64,000 nucleotides of DNA, from sequence record NC_054920.1; one strand, given 5' to 3'. The first letter of the stretch is position 1. Every line of letters starts with the position of its first letter. Below are positions 59,856 to 64,000 of this stretch, piece by piece. Made by a program: the position numbers and the translations under genes. Below the pieces are notes generated by a model. The model saw nothing but the letters and a program-made list of their open reading frames with translations, ran no database searches and was not told where the DNA came from. The DNA comes from Escherichia phage vB_EcoM_G9062.

Positions 59856-60304
59856 TCAACAATCACAATTTCTAATTTAGAGGAATATGTATCTAAAATC
59901 CCCTCAATAATATCCCAGTTCCCTTTACCTATGCCTGCACCAATCCTAGGCATATAGATTGTAGGTTTAATCAGTTTATTTTCACCAAACTCATTTAATT
60001 CTAACATACAATTCATTAAAGCGGAATACTCAAAATTTGGCCCTGGTTGAAATTGAGTATAAAGGTTGAAGCAATACGCTTTATGAGTCCTAAAATATTT
60101 TTCATAGACTGAGTAAGAACCGAGTTTAGTTACATCACCCCATTCAGTCTGTAATTTATCAGCTTCCAAAATTTTAGGGAAAGCTTTGGTTAATTGACCC
60201 GCTACGCCTGAACCCATAGTATGAAAACAATTGCATCCATGCGCAATATTTTTACCTTCAGCGAAAAGGGCGACAATATCGCCCTTGATATATTTTACAA
60301 TCAT
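59837..60304 (-). CDS. macro-domain protein (155 aa), putative ADP-ribose binding/hydrolase
   Basis: motif IAHGCNCFHTMGSGVAGQL (compare VNAAN...GGGVAGAI) and RIGAGIGKG glycine loop. Confidence 0.55.
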   Translation of the reverse strand: MIVKYIKGDIVALFAEGKNIAHGCNCFHTMGSGVAGQLTKAFPKILEADKLQTEWGDVTKLGSYSVYEKYFRTHKAYCFNLYTQFQPGPNFEYSALMNCMLELNEFGENKLIKPTIYMPRIGAGIGKGNWDIIEGILDTYSSKLEIVIVDWEPLL

Positions 60305-60642
60305 CTAGTACTCAATCCTCGATTATAAGAATCTACCAAACGGTCAACCATTGAATGACAAGCGGCTTTATCTTTCTCCTCCGCAACTGAACATTCTAAG
60401 GTATTCCACTTTTTAGCATATCGTTTTAATAATGTATCGTTTTTGTATCTGCTTGATTTATCTCTTTCTCCGTCTTTATATGCATATATTAATTTCTGCG
60501 CAAATTCAGCTTGGCATGCTTTATTTTTCCCACAATAATCTGCCGCAGTGCGATTTACATATTCTCTAATTTCAGTATATGATGTATCTGCTAACGCAGA
60601 AAATGAAATTAATCCTATACATAAAACCAAAATTTTAGTCAT
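60301..60642 (-). CDS. secreted protein (113 aa)
   Basis: signal peptide MTKILVLCIGLISFSALA; four cysteines. Confidence 0.5.
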   Translation of the reverse strand: MTKILVLCIGLISFSALADTSYTEIREYVNRTAADYCGKNKACQAEFAQKLIYAYKDGERDKSSRYKNDTLLKRYAKKWNTLECSVAEEKDKAACHSMVDRLVDSYNRGLSTR

Positions 60643-61180
60643 TTACTATTTCCAAAAGTTTATTATTTTTAAGGTAATTAGCCTTTTCTAGGACTTCAGA
60701 AGCATATTTAGAACCTGCTTTAACATTCCATCCCGAATTATAAGATGATATTGCTTTTCTTATATCGCCCTTATGTATATTTAACCAATAAGAAAGTTCA
60801 ATGTACGCCCAGGAAGCTGAATTGGATCGTTTATTCAACATTCTTTTTATTTCAGCATCGGTCATATTATAACCAAGTTCCTTAACTCTTGCTCGCATAG
60901 TAGGCAAATAATTTTGGAACATTCCATAAGCGTGATGCTTTGGTTTAGATTTTAAATTAACTCCGCCAGAGCTTTCTTGCCATAAAATAGCAGCCATTAT
61001 ATGACCTAATCCGCTCTTGTGGATATTTTTGTGTGTTTTATATTTTCCATCCTTAGAAAATTGTTCCCCGAATTGATACGCGTAACGCATGTTATCGAGT
61101 TGGACATTACTGAAAGTATGCTCGGAGCTATGTGCCATCATTGAAATGGCCAATAGACCAGCGAGTAGTGCTTTTCTCAT
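60635..61180 (-). CDS. secreted lytic-transglycosylase-like protein (181 aa)
   Basis: signal peptide; SLT-type motifs ILWQESSGG and AYGMFQ. Confidence 0.55.
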   Translation of the reverse strand: MRKALLAGLLAISMMAHSSEHTFSNVQLDNMRYAYQFGEQFSKDGKYKTHKNIHKSGLGHIMAAILWQESSGGVNLKSKPKHHAYGMFQNYLPTMRARVKELGYNMTDAEIKRMLNKRSNSASWAYIELSYWLNIHKGDIRKAISSYNSGWNVKAGSKYASEVLEKANYLKNNKLLEIVND

Positions 61181-61187
61181 GCTTACC

Positions 61188-61649
61188 TCATTGAGTTTTA
61201 ATTACTGCTTTAGAAGCCTTTCCTGGTAAACGACGACTGTTGATAATTGCCATCCTGCATTGAAGTGACGGGTTTTTGAACTTCTCATTAGGCTTACAAA
61301 CCGTAAATCCAAGCCAAAGATTTCCATCTGTGATTTCTAAACGTCCAGGACGATATTCAACCCCATCAATAAAATCCTCGTCAATGTCAGGACGCGGAGG
61401 CATACTCAGGAATTCATTAACTTCTAAAACATGGTCTTTTATTTTATGGAATAATTCAAAAACATATGTCTCATCAATCTCCCGTTGAATTGCACGATCA
61501 AGAAGATGTTGAGAATATTTTAGATGAAACGATGAGACTCCTGCTGCTTTTGATGCCTCACGAATCTCATTGTTAATTTGACGAAACTCCGACTCAAAAT
61601 GACGACGAAGCTTATTTCTACGGATAAAAACTTCTGTATTGATAGTCAT
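61188..61649 (-). CDS. regB: endoribonuclease RegB (153 aa)
   Basis: 153 aa; position between tk region and denV. Confidence 0.85.
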   Translation of the reverse strand: MTINTEVFIRRNKLRRHFESEFRQINNEIREASKAAGVSSFHLKYSQHLLDRAIQREIDETYVFELFHKIKDHVLEVNEFLSMPPRPDIDEDFIDGVEYRPGRLEITDGNLWLGFTVCKPNEKFKNPSLQCRMAIINSRRLPGKASKAVIKTQ

Positions 61650-61673
61650 GTTATTCTCCTCTTAACTGATAGA

Positions 61674-61705
61674 AAAATTATACCACAGTCAAGAGGAAAA
61701 GTAAA
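61674..61705 (-). promoter_or_regulatory. T4-type early promoter
   Basis: minus-strand GTTTAC (61705-61700), spacer, GGTATAAT. Confidence 0.5.
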
Positions 61706-61708
61706 CAG

Positions 61709-62029
61709 TTATTCTTTAAATCTAATCAATTTATTCATAGACTTTGTAACTTCTGCACGAACCTCATGTAAGTTTTTAAGCTGTTCAAGACTTTGCTCAT
61801 AGTAAGCAATTTCATCTTCTTCGAGGCAGTCCTGTGAATCTTCTTTAAGATAACGTGCATAGTCCTGGAAAGCTTTACGGACTACTTCCTGGAAGTCATC
61901 AAGACTTTGAATTTTCTTAGGAGCAACAGATACACGACGAGGGGCAGTATAATACTCATAACCAAACCCTGCGCTTAATTGAGCCATTAGTATTTTTCCT
62001 CTGGTTGGAACACTGCGCGACAAGCCCAC
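61709..62029 (-). CDS. hypothetical protein (106 aa)
   Basis: minus-strand ORF. Confidence 0.45.
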   Translation of the reverse strand: MGLSRSVPTRGKILMAQLSAGFGYEYYTAPRRVSVAPKKIQSLDDFQEVVRKAFQDYARYLKEDSQDCLEEDEIAYYEQSLEQLKNLHEVRAEVTKSMNKLIRFKE

Positions 62030-62253
62030 ATACTGGCTTCTTTGAGTTTCATTTTAGCAATAGTTAACTGATCGAGGCTTTCGGCGTAATTCTTCGCGAG
62101 TTCATCATCTTCACAGCTATCAAATGCTTCCCAGAATTCATCATATAAAGCATCAAAGATAAGCCCTAAACGAACTTCAGCATCTTTGATAGCATTCACT
62201 TTACTGATTTTATCGTCAGTATGTGGTTTATAACCTTTAATGTCTTCAATCAT
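61987..62253 (-). CDS. hypothetical protein (88 aa)
   Basis: minus-strand ORF. Confidence 0.45.
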   Translation of the reverse strand: MIEDIKGYKPHTDDKISKVNAIKDAEVRLGLIFDALYDEFWEAFDSCEDDELAKNYAESLDQLTIAKMKLKEASMWACRAVFQPEEKY

Positions 62254-62467
62254 ATTTTACTTCCTCACCTGTTCCCAAATCATATTCAACTAAACGAATA
62301 GGTTCATGAATGCCATATCCTTGAACAGAAATTTCTGTCGTAGGATAAATTCCATTAATATCACCCATGTTCCATGCTTCGTTAAATTGCTGTTCGCCTG
62401 AATTACTAAACCACTCGGCGAAAGCATTTAGCACATCTTCAGAACCTTCAATAATTATCTTTGCCAT
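62246..62467 (-). CDS. hypothetical protein (73 aa)
   Basis: minus-strand ORF, coupled to downstream gene. Confidence 0.45.
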   Translation of the reverse strand: MAKIIIEGSEDVLNAFAEWFSNSGEQQFNEAWNMGDINGIYPTTEISVQGYGIHEPIRLVEYDLGTGEEVKYD

Positions 62468-62829
62468 TACAAACTCTCGGTGAAGGTACGAGCGATAACG
62501 TCGCGCTGCTGTTCCGGAGTCAGAGAGTTAAAGCGAACTGCATAACCGGATACACGGATGGTCAGCTGCGGATATTTTTCCGGATGCTTAACTGCATCTT
62601 CCAGAGTTTCACGACGCAGAACGTTAACGTTCAGGTGTTGACCACCTTCAATTTTAACTGTAGGCTGTTGCTCAATTTCAATTTCACGGGCATGCAAACC
62701 ATAGAAAATTTCTGGGTCTACAAAAGAGTCCTCTTTAAAGGTTTTAGAGACAATAATTCGTGCTTGAATACCATCTTCAAAATAAATAGTACCTTTATGT
62801 GTGCCTTCAAGAATTTGATATGCTTTCAT
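62467..62829 (-). CDS. autonomous glycyl-radical cofactor, GrcA/YfiD-like (120 aa)
   Basis: C-terminal 60 aa [61 protein letters not shown] matches E. coli GrcA as I recall it; that half is visibly GC-rich. Confidence 0.8.
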   Translation of the reverse strand: MKAYQILEGTHKGTIYFEDGIQARIIVSKTFKEDSFVDPEIFYGLHAREIEIEQQPTVKIEGGQHLNVNVLRRETLEDAVKHPEKYPQLTIRVSGYAVRFNSLTPEQQRDVIARTFTESL

Positions 62830-62835
62830 ATAACC

Positions 62836-63216
62836 TCAATTAGAAAATAAATTTATCCAAGATTGTTCTTTAATTAAAAATGGCTCAGAATCATATGCCA
62901 TTAAACTCTGTGTGATTAGTCCTTTAAAAGGCCCATCAATAAATTCCATGGTAAAATATGGAATTTTATTCATTAGCCGTGCATTAGGAGCCGTGCACAA
63001 AACTCTGCATCCTTTGAATACGCCTTTTTGTAATTTGTATTGCTTGGGATAAAATTCGCTCAAAATGTTATTTTTTGCCAAAATTTCAAAATGATTCACC
63101 AATTTATTTTTAATAGTTTTTGGCGAAAAATAAAGATATTCGAAAAGCTGAGTGTCTGTCATCATTGCATTCCGATTACGAAAAACTGTGGACGAGTAAT
63201 ACCACCAATGCAACAT
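62836..63216 (-). CDS. hypothetical protein (126 aa)
   Basis: minus-strand ORF. Confidence 0.45.
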   Translation of the reverse strand: MLHWWYYSSTVFRNRNAMMTDTQLFEYLYFSPKTIKNKLVNHFEILAKNNILSEFYPKQYKLQKGVFKGCRVLCTAPNARLMNKIPYFTMEFIDGPFKGLITQSLMAYDSEPFLIKEQSWINLFSN

Positions 63217-63749
63217 TTAATATTACAGCAGCAGTGTACAGTGTCAATATGGACACTATAAATCTTATCCATATCAGGAGATTTGACAGGCTCATCAATT
63301 ATATACAAAATTCGCGAAAGCGATAAACCTCTGAACTTGCTTCCTTTATTACCAATAAAACTGCGCACAGAATCAGTAAATAAACGAAAACGTATATCAT
63401 CATTAGAATAACGCGAAAATTCCTTTTTAATATTATCTGCGGAAATTTTAGCGTAAGCTGAAGTATTAGAAAGAACAATAACTGTTCCACCGTCATACAA
63501 CCAATTAGCGGCAAAATTAGTTACTGCAGTTGATTTACCAGATTGACGCCCACCATCTAGTCGAAGTGTACAATACTGTTTAAGTAAGTCTTCAAATGGC
63601 GGGATATATTCGTTTTTACAAATTTCTTCTACTCTAGCATCAGAATGGTGTGTAAAAGCATTCATCAGGGATAGATAAGGACCAGTTAAAAATGTTCTCA
63701 TTTTGTTCTCTCTAGGTTTGGGCCATTCCATGGCGCATGAATTGTCCAT
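63162..63749 (-). CDS. hypothetical P-loop-like protein (195 aa or shorter)
   Basis: GGRQSGKST motif; alternative start MRTFLTGPY at about 63701. Confidence 0.45.
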   Translation of the reverse strand: MDNSCAMEWPKPRENKMRTFLTGPYLSLMNAFTHHSDARVEEICKNEYIPPFEDLLKQYCTLRLDGGRQSGKSTAVTNFAANWLYDGGTVIVLSNTSAYAKISADNIKKEFSRYSNDDIRFRLFTDSVRSFIGNKGSKFRGLSLSRILYIIDEPVKSPDMDKIYSVHIDTVHCCCNIKCCIGGITRPQFFVIGMQ

Positions 63750-63846
63750 TTCTGTATTTACCCATTACCGCACTTGGGCTCGACCTTATTACAGGTTGGC
63801 GGGAATCCCTCACAGAATCATGAGGTCCAGGTTATTCCCATGTTAT

Positions 63847-64000
63847 TTAAATGTAAATATTTTTGCCGTAATACTTATACCAGTGTGGCTTCATTAAAAT
63901 TTTTTCATCGAGTCGTTGTTGACTCAACTTAATAGCTGATTTGCATGGATTATAATCATTTTTCCATTCTACTGGAATATCGCTGATGTCAGGAACTTCA
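63847..64000 (-). CDS. denV: endonuclease V (pyrimidine-dimer glycosylase), C-terminal 51 codons only
   Basis: my translation ...[44 protein letters not shown]; 5' part lies beyond the window. Confidence 0.8.
   Translation of the reverse strand, partial: EVPDISDIPVEWKNDYNPCKSAIKLSQQRLDEKILMKPHWYKYYGKNIYI

Noticed and set aside
63801-63839. GC-richer segment with nested inverted repeats (GGGAAT...ATTCCC and CCTCA...TGAGG) downstream of denV, considered as a tRNA or small RNA
   Set aside because: No cloverleaf, anticodon arm or T-loop consensus could be drawn. It is more likely a 3' hairpin of the denV transcript.

Overview
This window is the first 64 kb of a T-even (T4-like) coliphage genome. 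It opens exactly on the rIIA stop codon and runs colinearly through rIIA, topoisomerase 39, dexA, dda, modA/modB, soc, 56, dam, 61, sp, dmd, 41, 40, uvsX, 42, imm, 43, regA, 62/44/45, rpbA, 46/47, alpha-gt, 55, nrdH/nrdG/nrdD, 49, nrdC, tk and regB to a truncated denV. Almost every gene is on the minus strand, tightly packed with overlapping stop/start codons. I can see about 17 early promoters of the GTTTAC-N17/18-TAT(A/T)AT type, two MotA-box middle promoters, one late TATAAATA promoter (soc), and at least 11 intercistronic hairpins, most with a C(UUCG)G loop. All gene names rest on my recollection of T4 protein lengths, motifs and gene order, not on a database search. Against T4 as I remember it, this phage has a contiguous topoisomerase gene 39 (no gene 60 split), no segF between soc and 56, an intronless nrdD, and a GT-A-type glycosyltransferase where T4 has beta-gt (a T2/T6-like arrangement). 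The most interesting candidates are a PD-(D/E)xK nuclease-like ORF translationally coupled to dam with a divergent small membrane ORF, a GIY-YIG endonuclease between 47 and alpha-gt, a macro-domain protein near tk, four tandem coiled-coil paralogs downstream of nrdC, a GrcA-like glycyl-radical protein with a GC-rich host-like 3' half, and a direct-repeat scar upstream of gene 49. No rRNA, tRNA or CRISPR array was found. Several real genes shorter than 60 aa are missing from the ORF track.
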